DNA of 14,940 bases from a virus, in IMG/VR virus record IMGVR_UViG_3300032225_000936, positions 1-14,940 of that record. One strand, written 5' to 3'. The position numbers and the translations under genes are program-made. This document shows positions 1-6,355 of the stretch, piece by piece. Every line of letters starts with the position of its first letter. Position 1 is the stretch's first letter. Under the pieces are notes generated by a model, which worked only from the letters and a program-made list of their open reading frames with translations, did no database searches and had not been told where the DNA came from.

Positions 1-123
1 AAATAGGCCCACGTGCTTATTTTAAGGGTTTATAGCACATAGGCATAATAATTTTGTTTTATTGTGGCTGTTTTGGCGTGTTGTTTAGTTATGAAATTCT
101 GTAAGTAAAAAAAGCTGTACCGG
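1..123. repeat. Left copy of an exact 123-bp terminal direct repeat (= 14818..14940); circular-closure overlap or short DTR
   Basis: Base-by-base comparison by eye: aaataggcccacgtgcttatttt...aaaaagctgtaccgg occurs at both window ends. It contains the last 35 nt of the fibre gene, a 76-nt intergenic spacer and the first 12 nt of the portal gene. Confidence 0.95.
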
Positions 124-1414
124 CAGCATTTAATCTAGTTGAAAATCGGGCTGACGTTAATGGTGAAATAGTAGCGCTTCCTGTTGATCCACTTGGCGCA
201 TTATTATTAGTGCCTGACGTTAAAGTAATTGTTCCAGCACCGCCATTTATGTAAGTCCAGTCAACGCAAGCATTGACACCGCCTAACCAAACACCAGTGG
301 CACTCAAACTAGAAAATGACGGTAAAGACGTATTTTGCGCTCCGCTAGGTGACGACGTTACCCACTCACCTAATAATTGTGCGGCTGTAATTGATGTAGT
401 TACGCCGGGCGGTACCGCTCTAAGGTTATATTGGGTCCCGGACTTTATAGGATTACTTACTGTTGGGTTTGTATCAGTTACAACGACTGTACCTGTCCCA
501 GTTATTGTTTGTAATTTGCCAGTTGTTACGGTATTTGCTGTTAAATTGGCGCCGTCTAAAACGGTTAAACCGGTTGTAACGCCTGTACCGCCTTTAGTGG
601 TGTCAATAGTTGACGCGTCATTAAGTAAAATACCCGTGGTCGTTGGTAATGTGTGGTTACTTGTGCCTGAGCTACCTTTAATTAGTTGTACGCCAGTTGT
701 GTTAGTTATTGCGATTGAACCGCCAGCATTTCCCGACGCGCCTAAAGTCAAATTTCCATTACTCGAAACATTTATTCCATTACCAGTACCACTAACCGTA
801 ATTGAACCATTACTTACAGATAAACCAGTACTAGGTGCTGAACCACCCGGACCACCAACACCCAAACCCTGCGCATAAATTCCGCCATTGATGTTATAAC
901 CAACAAAAGAATTAGCTAATGATGAGCCGTTAGTTTCGGCCATAGGTGAACGCTGGGACCAATTAGTAGCGTCATTATTCGGCGTCGTTGTGCCTGAGCC
1001 GTCATTTCTGCGTATGTAGTAAATTAGGGCGTACGTTACATAGTCGCCTTTTGCGTAAGTTCTGCCAGATACCCAGTCGCTGGCCGCAGCTGTTGAGTCT
1101 CCACCGGTGGCGCCTGTATCACCCTTAGACGCTGTTAAAGTCCAATGGGTAGGGTCAGCCGACGGGATTGTTGAGCTAGTGACGGCCAAAATACACACAT
1201 AAGTTGAGCCATTATAAACAACAACGTCATAAGGTAAATAACTTGTATTTATTACCCAAGCGTTTCGGTAGTTAAAACCTTGACCGGGTGCGCCTGCTGA
1301 ACCACTATCACCTTTTGGCCCAGAGATACCGGCTATTTGTTCGCTAATAATTACTGGGCTTTCAGTAATTGCAAGGTCTGTAATGTTGTCTACGACGCTA
1401 ATTATAAAACTCAT
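89..1414 (-). CDS. Tail fibre / receptor-binding protein with a collagen-like segment and two CBM5/12-like motifs
   Basis: 441-aa ORF with an ATGA start/stop overlap to the upstream gene. It has an N-terminal G-X-Y run (GISGPKGDSGSAGAPGQG). Two W..Y..(G)D.V.Y.....P....W motifs follow (NAWVINTSYLPYDVVVYNGSTYVC...PTHW and SDWVSGRTYAKGDYVTY...ATNW). The rest is a long G/S/T-rich region typical of phage fibres. Confidence 0.75.
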   Translation of the reverse strand: MSFIISVVDNITDLAITESPVIISEQIAGISGPKGDSGSAGAPGQGFNYRNAWVINTSYLPYDVVVYNGSTYVCILAVTSSTIPSADPTHWTLTASKGDTGATGGDSTAAASDWVSGRTYAKGDYVTYALIYYIRRNDGSGTTTPNNDATNWSQRSPMAETNGSSLANSFVGYNINGGIYAQGLGVGGPGGSAPSTGLSVSNGSITVSGTGNGINVSSNGNLTLGASGNAGGSIAITNTTGVQLIKGSSGTSNHTLPTTTGILLNDASTIDTTKGGTGVTTGLTVLDGANLTANTVTTGKLQTITGTGTVVVTDTNPTVSNPIKSGTQYNLRAVPPGVTTSITAAQLLGEWVTSSPSGAQNTSLPSFSSLSATGVWLGGVNACVDWTYINGGAGTITLTSGTNNNAPSGSTGSATISPLTSARFSTRLNAAGTAFFTYRIS

Positions 1415-1752
1415 TGTGTAACCTGTGCCTGTACGCTAAAAGTACCTTGAACCAAACGGACTACATAGGTACCGCTAGTTAATTCCAAATCGTACAAGTA
1501 GTTACCCTCTTTTATGGCGCCTGTTTGGGCTGCCGTCGCAACAATAGAAACTTTGCCGTCATTTGTAAGCGCGGTTATACCTGATCCTGTTGCAAGGGTT
1601 AAAACTGGCGCTGTATCTGCGTAACGCCTAACCTGCATTTTGGCCGTGTAGCCTGTCCAATTTACCGCCGTACCATTATTGGTAGCTGTAAAAGTTTTAT
1701 CTAACGTGGCGCCCTGAAAACAGACTATTTCGTATTCGGCTGGTGTAAGCAT
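1411..1752 (-). CDS. Hypothetical virion-associated protein (beta-rich), coupled to the fibre gene
   Basis: 113-aa ORF starting 9 nt after the TerL stop. Its TGA overlaps the fibre ATG (ATGA). The sequence has the alternating pattern of a beta-sandwich (YTAKMQVRR...GNYLYDLEL...GTFSVQAQV). No recognisable catalytic motif. Confidence 0.7.
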   Translation of the reverse strand: MLTPAEYEIVCFQGATLDKTFTATNNGTAVNWTGYTAKMQVRRYADTAPVLTLATGSGITALTNDGKVSIVATAAQTGAIKEGNYLYDLELTSGTYVVRLVQGTFSVQAQVTQ

Positions 1753-1761
1753 ATTGGCATT

Positions 1762-3219
1762 TTATACCACACTAATACCAACGGTGGCTTTAGGTGTTGC
1801 CGCGTGTCCAAGTGCCATAGTAAAAGCTACGGCGGCGCTAATGTCTTGTACGGCCGCTTTTCGGGCTATTCGCCAGCCACCGTCACTACTTGGGCGACGT
1901 GCGCAAGCCGCTAAATGTGTTGCTAATACATCTTGTCCCGGGTGAATAATTAGCCCAGCGTTCATACTACTTAAAGTAATGTCGCAATAGGTACTAAATG
2001 CGGTGCTAGCCCAAGCGGTAGGCGCCACCGGTACACCGACTTTCGCTAAATGTGGGGCTATGTGTCCAGCGGTTTTGGGGTCAAACGCTAAAGCCCTAGC
2101 ACTATACGTTCTAGCTAGGTGGGCAATATCGCCAGCAAGTTCCAAGTCATTTAGGCCGCCGTCCTTTTCCCAACGTGTCAGGAATACGGCGTATTTGTCG
2201 CCGCGCTTTTGTACCGCAATTAGAAAAGCAGCTGTACGCGTAAAATTAAGGTCAAGTCCGAAATAGGTTTCATACCCTGTTTCTAGTTGTAGTGTTTCGT
2301 CTAATCCTGCGTTAAATTCGTTTAAGTTGTAAGGGCTGTCTATGCTTTCAACCCACATACACAACATTTCCGTTTTAACCGCTTCCGGTGTATCTCTAGC
2401 TGCGGCGTCTTGTAAAGCGTCCAAACTAACGGTATGCCCAAGTGCTGGGTTAGCCGCTTGCCAAGCCTTAACGTCATCTACGGCACTATTTGGCGGTGCG
2501 CTCCACTCATACCACCCTAAACGTTGGCTTTCAAACGTTAAAGCCCTTGCCCTTAGATCATTTAATACCGTTGAATTGGCGTCACCAGCGTTCGAAGTTA
2601 TGTAGGTTTGCCCCGACGTCGCACGCGTTAATGGTGTTGCCGCGGTCCAAGCGTCCGCCTTAATTTCCCTAAGTTCGTCCACATAAAGTAAATCAGCTGT
2701 TGCGCCACGTGGCCCCTCGCTAGTTGCTGCCCTAATACCGTATTTGCGGATACGTTTACAAGGCCCGGCACACGCTTTAGGGTAATGGTGACAATAAATT
2801 TCTAATTCCTCTTGGCCGTTAGTACGCGAAACCCTTTTTATCCTTTTCATTAACCACGGCAAACTTTCCGCCATATCCACGACTTGCTTAAATGTATCTA
2901 ACGCCAGTTGTCTATTTTGGGCCATAGCCACTATTGAACCCTCACCAAAAATGTAAAGCCCGGCCAAAATTCTCATACGCATTAAGTGAGTTTTTCCCTG
3001 TTGCCGGGCAACCAACACACCACAAGTTTTACGCACATAAGCGCCGTTATTGTCAAGAGTTAAAGCGTCGTTAAGTACGTATTCTTGCCACGCCATAAGC
3101 GGCGCACCTAGATCACTTGCTAATTGACTTACTAACGGCCCTAGTGTTCGTCCGTTTAGGCTTGGGCTTGCTATTCGTGGGACTGATGAGCCGTAAATAG
3201 GCTTCGTTGTATTGTTCAC
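1762..3219 (-). CDS. terL: Terminase large subunit
   Basis: 485 aa. Walker A-like VARQQGKT, Walker B-like LLYVDEL and the nuclease-domain pattern FGLDLNF. The N-terminus (TLGPLVSQLASDLGAPLMAWQEYVLNDAL) resembles the conserved ..GP.v..la...G..L.pWQ lead-in of Terminase_1-type TerL. That favours the GTG start at 3219 over the ATG at 3096. The GTG start gives a 107-nt overlap with the upstream ORF. Confidence 0.9.
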   Translation of the reverse strand: MNNTTKPIYGSSVPRIASPSLNGRTLGPLVSQLASDLGAPLMAWQEYVLNDALTLDNNGAYVRKTCGVLVARQQGKTHLMRMRILAGLYIFGEGSIVAMAQNRQLALDTFKQVVDMAESLPWLMKRIKRVSRTNGQEELEIYCHHYPKACAGPCKRIRKYGIRAATSEGPRGATADLLYVDELREIKADAWTAATPLTRATSGQTYITSNAGDANSTVLNDLRARALTFESQRLGWYEWSAPPNSAVDDVKAWQAANPALGHTVSLDALQDAAARDTPEAVKTEMLCMWVESIDSPYNLNEFNAGLDETLQLETGYETYFGLDLNFTRTAAFLIAVQKRGDKYAVFLTRWEKDGGLNDLELAGDIAHLARTYSARALAFDPKTAGHIAPHLAKVGVPVAPTAWASTAFSTYCDITLSSMNAGLIIHPGQDVLATHLAACARRPSSDGGWRIARKAAVQDISAAVAFTMALGHAATPKATVGISVV

Positions 3220-3508
3220 TACTGTTTATTTCCTCAACCTTGCTACTGCTTTTATCTCTTGCAAGCGGTGTAAGTTTTAACTCTTTTAACAGGCTTTCAA
3301 ACTTGCTAACTAGGCTGGCAAGCTTGTCCAAGTCCTCGCCACTATCCAAAATTGCGTCAATAAGTATTGCTAACCGCTGGGCCATACATACGGCGGCGCT
3401 GTCGGCGTCGGTAATCCATTGTGACGCTGCCTGTAAAGAGTTCCCCATTTTGTCAGCAATAGCGCCGGGTGAAACTGGTTCAATGCTGGGTGTAATTGGT
3501 TTAGCCAC
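3113..3508 (-). CDS. terS: Terminase small subunit (P27/Terminase_4-like)
   Basis: The ORF is open from a TTG at 3586. The best-supported start is GTG 3508, with AAAGG 6 nt upstream, lying 2 nt after the HNH stop. The helical protein ends with the ..LKELKLTPLAR.. motif typical of P27-family small terminases. It sits between HNH and TerL. Confidence 0.65.
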   Translation of the reverse strand: MAKPITPSIEPVSPGAIADKMGNSLQAASQWITDADSAAVCMAQRLAILIDAILDSGEDLDKLASLVSKFESLLKELKLTPLARDKSSSKVEEINSSEQYNEAYLRLISPTNSKPKPKRTNTRAVSKSISK

Positions 3509-3510
3509 GG

Positions 3511-3810
3511 TTAGCCTTTGGCCGTTGGTGGGTCGAATCGGAGCGTCGGGGAGAGAGAACAGAAGGGAGGGGTCTGGGGTGTCCAATCCTTAGAAAAAAC
3601 CGTATGCTTATCAGATTTGGCCCGGTTACAACGCCTACAAGCTGCGACTAGGTTGGTATGGTCATTAGTTCCACCCTTTGCTACTGGTATTACGTGGTCT
3701 ACCTCTGTTGCTTCGTCTCCACAATAGTTACAAGTTCTTGCGTCGCGTCTAAGTATTTGTTCTCGTACTGTTCGCCAAGCGCGGCTACTACCGTTGCGTT
3801 TACTTGTCAT
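3511..3810 (-). CDS. HNH endonuclease (terminase-associated)
   Basis: 99 aa with CNYCG...DHVIPVAKGGTNDHTNLVAACRRCNRAKSDK, i.e. the two CxxC pairs and the His/Asn/His core of the HNH motif. It lies directly upstream of TerS/TerL, as in HK97-like cos phages. Confidence 0.9.
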   Translation of the reverse strand: MTSKRNGSSRAWRTVREQILRRDARTCNYCGDEATEVDHVIPVAKGGTNDHTNLVAACRRCNRAKSDKHTVFSKDWTPQTPPFCSLSPTLRFDPPTAKG

Positions 3811-4108
3811 AGTTTGGGTCTAACTCTTTTAATAGGTTTGTTAGTGCTTCGTGATATCTGTCTATTTGGTCTATTAGTTCGTCTAGGTGATCTATTAGTT
3901 CTGTTACTAGTTTTTCGTTTTGTGGCTTTTCCATTGTTTTGGCTTTCGTTATGCCCGGTAAGGCTTGGGTGGGCAGAGCAAGGCCTATTGTTAAGCCTTG
4001 CCCCAGTTTTGCCCGTATAAGGGTGGTTTGGGTTTTCGCAAGGGTCCGTATGGACAATAGCGCCGTGTAATTAGGCGCACTTGTTGTTGTATGGGCTATT
4101 CGGTTCAT
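3800..4108 (-). CDS. Small acidic coiled-coil protein; start uncertain (ATG 4108 or more likely ATG 3934)
   Basis: The C-terminal 44 aa (MEKPQNEKLVTELIDHLDELIDQIDRYHEALTNLLKELDPNYDK) look like real coding sequence and overlap the HNH start by 11 nt. The N-terminal 58 codons are T/L/A-rich and low in complexity. They coincide with inverted repeats and a promoter-like element, so they may be non-coding. Confidence 0.5.
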   Translation of the reverse strand: MNRIAHTTTSAPNYTALLSIRTLAKTQTTLIRAKLGQGLTIGLALPTQALPGITKAKTMEKPQNEKLVTELIDHLDELIDQIDRYHEALTNLLKELDPNYDK

Positions 4109-4303
4109 ACAATCACGCCTAATTTCTACTCTGTTTAGAGTCTGTTTGTCTGGTAAGCAGCCAGACTAAGTAACGCCCTCAAACGGCGGTTTAACCTAGT
4201 GCTAGTAGGTCAGACTGTTATACTTAGTCCTAAAGTTGGTAACTTGGGGAAGCTGCCGCACTATTTAGGTCCAGTCGTGGTGGCTGGGCCTTTATAGTTT
4301 CGG

Positions 4304-4531
4304 TTACTTGCCGGTTTTCTTTTTTACTATCTTTTCTGCCTTTTCACAAGCAAGACACGACTTGTCTAACGCATACACCCAGCTACCGCATTTATCGCAA
4401 CGGCCTAAAAGGTCTTGTATGTGATCTAATACCTTTTTTATTTTGGTATCTTGCTTGGGGTTGTCAGCTACTACACGTTGCCTAAGTTGTAATAATGCTG
4501 CGGTATAGCCTGCGTCGTATTCATTCGTCAT
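4304..4531 (-). CDS. Small zinc-ribbon protein (CxxC...CxxC), function unknown
   Basis: 75 aa containing CDKCG...(12)...CLAC and a lysine-rich tail. It is the last gene of the early module. Confidence 0.7.
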   Translation of the reverse strand: MTNEYDAGYTAALLQLRQRVVADNPKQDTKIKKVLDHIQDLLGRCDKCGSWVYALDKSCLACEKAEKIVKKKTGK

Positions 4532-4661
4532 TTGTAATAATTTTTCTAATAGTTTTGTTAACTATTGCTAATTCCTTGCGCAATTCTTTAATGGTATCCA
4601 CCAATTCCAGCGCCCAGCGTGCGTCTACATTTGAACGTTTTTGCAATTCGTCATAATTCAT
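4521..4661 (-). CDS. Small hypothetical protein (46 aa, helical), not in the supplied ORF track
   Basis: Translated by hand: MNYDELQKRSNVDARWALELVDTIKELRKELAIVNKTIRKIITNDE*. There is a GAGGA Shine-Dalgarno 4-5 nt upstream of ATG 4661. It fills an otherwise empty 149-nt gap and overlaps the next start by 11 nt. Confidence 0.55.
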   Translation of the reverse strand: MNYDELQKRSNVDARWALELVDTIKELRKELAIVNKTIRKIITNDE

Positions 4662-4680
4662 AAAATCCTCTGGAAAGTAA

Positions 4681-4866
4681 TCACTCATTATCGGGGCCCA
4701 GTCTTTCGCCGTGAATTGTTTGGGCTATTGTGGCGTTTTCCTCTAGCAATTTAACTAGCGACTGGTAAAGGCAGCTTGGGCAGAATTTGGCGCCTGCTAT
4801 TACGCCGTCCGGACAGGGCTGAGTATTGTCCCAAGCCCTAATAATTGCATCTCTTAAAGTAATCAT
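4681..4866 (-). CDS. Small hypothetical protein (61 aa)
   Basis: The track ORF starts at GTG 4875. ATG 4866 forms a TAATG stop/start overlap with the upstream gene and is preferred. It contains three Cys (CPDG...CPSC). No recognisable family. Confidence 0.6.
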   Translation of the reverse strand: MITLRDAIIRAWDNTQPCPDGVIAGAKFCPSCLYQSLVKLLEENATIAQTIHGERLGPDNE

Positions 4867-5525
4867 TAGTTCCACGCACTTTCTGGGTCTGGGTTATTTG
4901 GTTTCTTGCCTGCGACGTATCCAGCCGCCTTTAATTCCTCAATAAGTTTTGACGCGTTATAACTGTCTAATTTTTCGTCTGGGCTTATTCCTAAACGTGC
5001 CTTGTATTCGTCTACGTAAGCGGTCATAGCGCTAAAAGAATAGTTAAACAACGACTTTATGAGTCCGTATTGCTTTTCTGTCATTTCTTTTAGGCCGTAG
5101 TTTCCACCGGTCAAGGCTTTACTTGTGTCTGGTAGCGGTATACGGTCCGTTGGCACTCCCCAAGCTTCGGTTTCTGGTTCTTGTCGTGCTTGCGCGTTTT
5201 CTACCTCTTGCTTGGTGGCTATTGACTTACCTAAACCAATACCTAAAGCACCAATGGCGCGGCCCCAAGCCGACGTTTCAAGGTTCATTAGTTCGCTGCC
5301 ACGTGTGTAAGTTGTTTTACCCTCTGCAAGTTCGGCAGCTGTACCAATACCGGGCCTAACGTCGTCTGGTGTTCGGTAAGCGTAGGCCACTCCCCAAATG
5401 TATAAGTGGTTATGATCCATAACGCCGCGGTATTCAAATTGAATACTCCCAGTAGGAAAGGCCTTGTAAAACTCTTGTAAACGCTCTTTAACGTCTACAT
5501 AGTCGCCTAAATTAAAGCCGCTCAT
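4866..5525 (-). CDS. Putative ssDNA-annealing / ssDNA-binding protein (Rad52/Sak-like)
   Basis: 219 aa with an ATGA overlap to the upstream gene. The segment NLETSAWGRAIGALGIGLG resembles the E-[TS]-x-A-x-x-R-A-x-x-x-x-G-[IV]-G helix of Rad52/Sak-type phage annealing proteins. This was recognised by eye only. Confidence 0.4.
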   Translation of the reverse strand: MSGFNLGDYVDVKERLQEFYKAFPTGSIQFEYRGVMDHNHLYIWGVAYAYRTPDDVRPGIGTAAELAEGKTTYTRGSELMNLETSAWGRAIGALGIGLGKSIATKQEVENAQARQEPETEAWGVPTDRIPLPDTSKALTGGNYGLKEMTEKQYGLIKSLFNYSFSAMTAYVDEYKARLGISPDEKLDSYNASKLIEELKAAGYVAGKKPNNPDPESAWN

Positions 5526-5902
5526 AGTCGGCCCTCGCGCTCTAAACGATAAATCCGCATTTTAATGCCTTGATAATTTCGGCCTAATTGTTCTGCTAAT
5601 TGTTCAAAAGTCATATGGCCTTTTGAGTGTCCATAAATTAGGGCTAAATCGTCTTTACGTGTCCATTTGCGGTTAGTGTATTTACCTTTTGCAGGTTTTA
5701 CCTTTTCTGGCGCTGGTTCAGCTGGAAACAACGAAAGTAGAGTGGCGTTAGTATCTTTTGCTAATTGTGCGACTTGTGGCGCCTGTGTTGGTTCTGTTTC
5801 TGTTTCAGCTGTTGGTACTTGGGCCATAAGTAGGCCTACAAGTACGCTAGGTGGTAATTGTTCTAATGTTTCCCTGTTTAGAGTTACTGTTATCTGTTCC
5901 AT
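5522..5902 (-). CDS. Putative DNA-binding protein (C-terminal Myb/SANT-like or HTH domain)
   Basis: 126 aa. The C-terminus (RKWTRKDDLALIYGHSKGHMTFEQLAEQLGRNYQGIKMRIYRLEREG) has the W..(E/D)D..L.....G..........L spacing of Myb/SANT-type helices. The middle of the protein is P/E/T/A-rich. Confidence 0.4.
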   Translation of the reverse strand: MEQITVTLNRETLEQLPPSVLVGLLMAQVPTAETETEPTQAPQVAQLAKDTNATLLSLFPAEPAPEKVKPAKGKYTNRKWTRKDDLALIYGHSKGHMTFEQLAEQLGRNYQGIKMRIYRLEREGRL

Positions 5903-5911
5903 AACGTTTAC

Positions 5912-6145
5912 CTAGTCCTTTATCCCTAGATCGCGACGAACGGCGTCGTCTATTGGTGTGTCTGAGTACGTACACTCTGGTTTGTTGTAAATCTTGTCGT
6001 AACTCCATAACATCAGCACAAAAGCGCCGCCAGTTATGAAAATTGTCTTAAATGGTGCATTGTCTAGCCCGGTTATTGCCATACCTAGCGTTATTGCTGC
6101 GCCTAAATGTGCTACGTGTAGCGCTTTTTTAATTGGTGTTGCCAT
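5912..6145 (-). CDS. Small membrane protein (two predicted TM helices)
   Basis: The track ORF starts at 6181. ATG 6145 is preceded by AGAGGAGCAGAAAAA, a strong SD at about 8 nt. The hydrophobic spans are HLGAAITLGMAITGL and IFITGGAFVLMLW. Confidence 0.7.
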   Translation of the reverse strand: MATPIKKALHVAHLGAAITLGMAITGLDNAPFKTIFITGGAFVLMLWSYDKIYNKPECTYSDTPIDDAVRRDLGIKD

Positions 6146-6311
6146 TTTTTCTGCTCCTCTTAGTTGCTGGCACTTCGACATCTACGTAATAACGGACTAT
6201 GCGCCCTTGCCGGTGGGTTTGTATTTTCCCAGCCTTTTCCCAGTTGGCTAAAGTGTTTTTAGTTACCTGTAAAAGGGCGCTAGCTTGCTCCGCTGTTAGT
6301 AGTTGTTTCAT
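6129..6311 (-). CDS. Excisionase/MerR-type helix-turn-helix DNA-binding protein; first gene of the early module
   Basis: 60 aa. LLTAEQASALLQVTKNTLANWEKAGKI......GRIVRY matches the Xis-family HTH pattern (lT..eaA..L.vs..Tl......G.i......Gr...y). Confidence 0.75.
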   Translation of the reverse strand: MKQLLTAEQASALLQVTKNTLANWEKAGKIQTHRQGRIVRYYVDVEVPATKRSRKNGNTN

Positions 6312-6355
6312 AGTCCCTACTTTAGTGGTATTGGGTTGAATTGTGTCAAGTTTGG

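Noticed and set aside
273-878. A 201-aa plus-strand ORF, together with the other plus-strand ORFs in the track (for example 1754..1945, 2003..2266, 2342..2605, 3207..3593, 3658..4020, 5667..5915, 9206..9529, 13006..13368 and 14129..14488).
   Set aside because: Each lies entirely antisense within a longer minus-strand gene that has recognisable motifs. Their translations are low-complexity mirror images (V/P/T- or A/S/L-rich), with no SD sequences or family motifs. They are read as shadow ORFs.
3511-3810. The HNH endonuclease as a free-standing homing endonuclease or mobile element.
   Set aside because: It is translationally linked to the small ORF upstream and lies immediately before TerS/TerL. 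That is the conserved arrangement in which HNH proteins assist terminase cleavage in HK97-like cos phages. There are no flanking repeats and no interrupted host gene.
3861-3900. Three near-identical decamers (tctattTggt, tctattagtt, tctattagtt) resembling iterons or operators.
   Set aside because: They fall in frame within the small acidic ORF and encode the repeated peptide ELID(H/Q)..ELIDQID. The repeat is explained by coding, and a secondary DNA-binding role cannot be supported from sequence alone.
3935-4108. The N-terminal 58 codons of the 102-aa ORF as genuine coding sequence.
   Set aside because: They have T/L/A-rich low-complexity composition and only a weak AGG upstream of ATG 4108. 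They coincide with promoter-like and inverted-repeat elements. The long form is kept in the feature table for coordinates, but the shorter form (ATG 3934) is favoured.
4164-4229. A tRNA-like cloverleaf: a 9-bp closing helix enclosing a 4-bp and a 5-bp hairpin, each with a 7-nt loop. One loop has U at position 2 and a purine at position 6, like an anticodon loop.
   Set aside because: Only two internal arms are present where a tRNA has three. The spacing between the arms is wrong (5 nt and 10 nt linkers). There is no GTTCRANYC-type T-loop or D-loop GG on either strand. It is treated as a structured non-coding element, not a tRNA.
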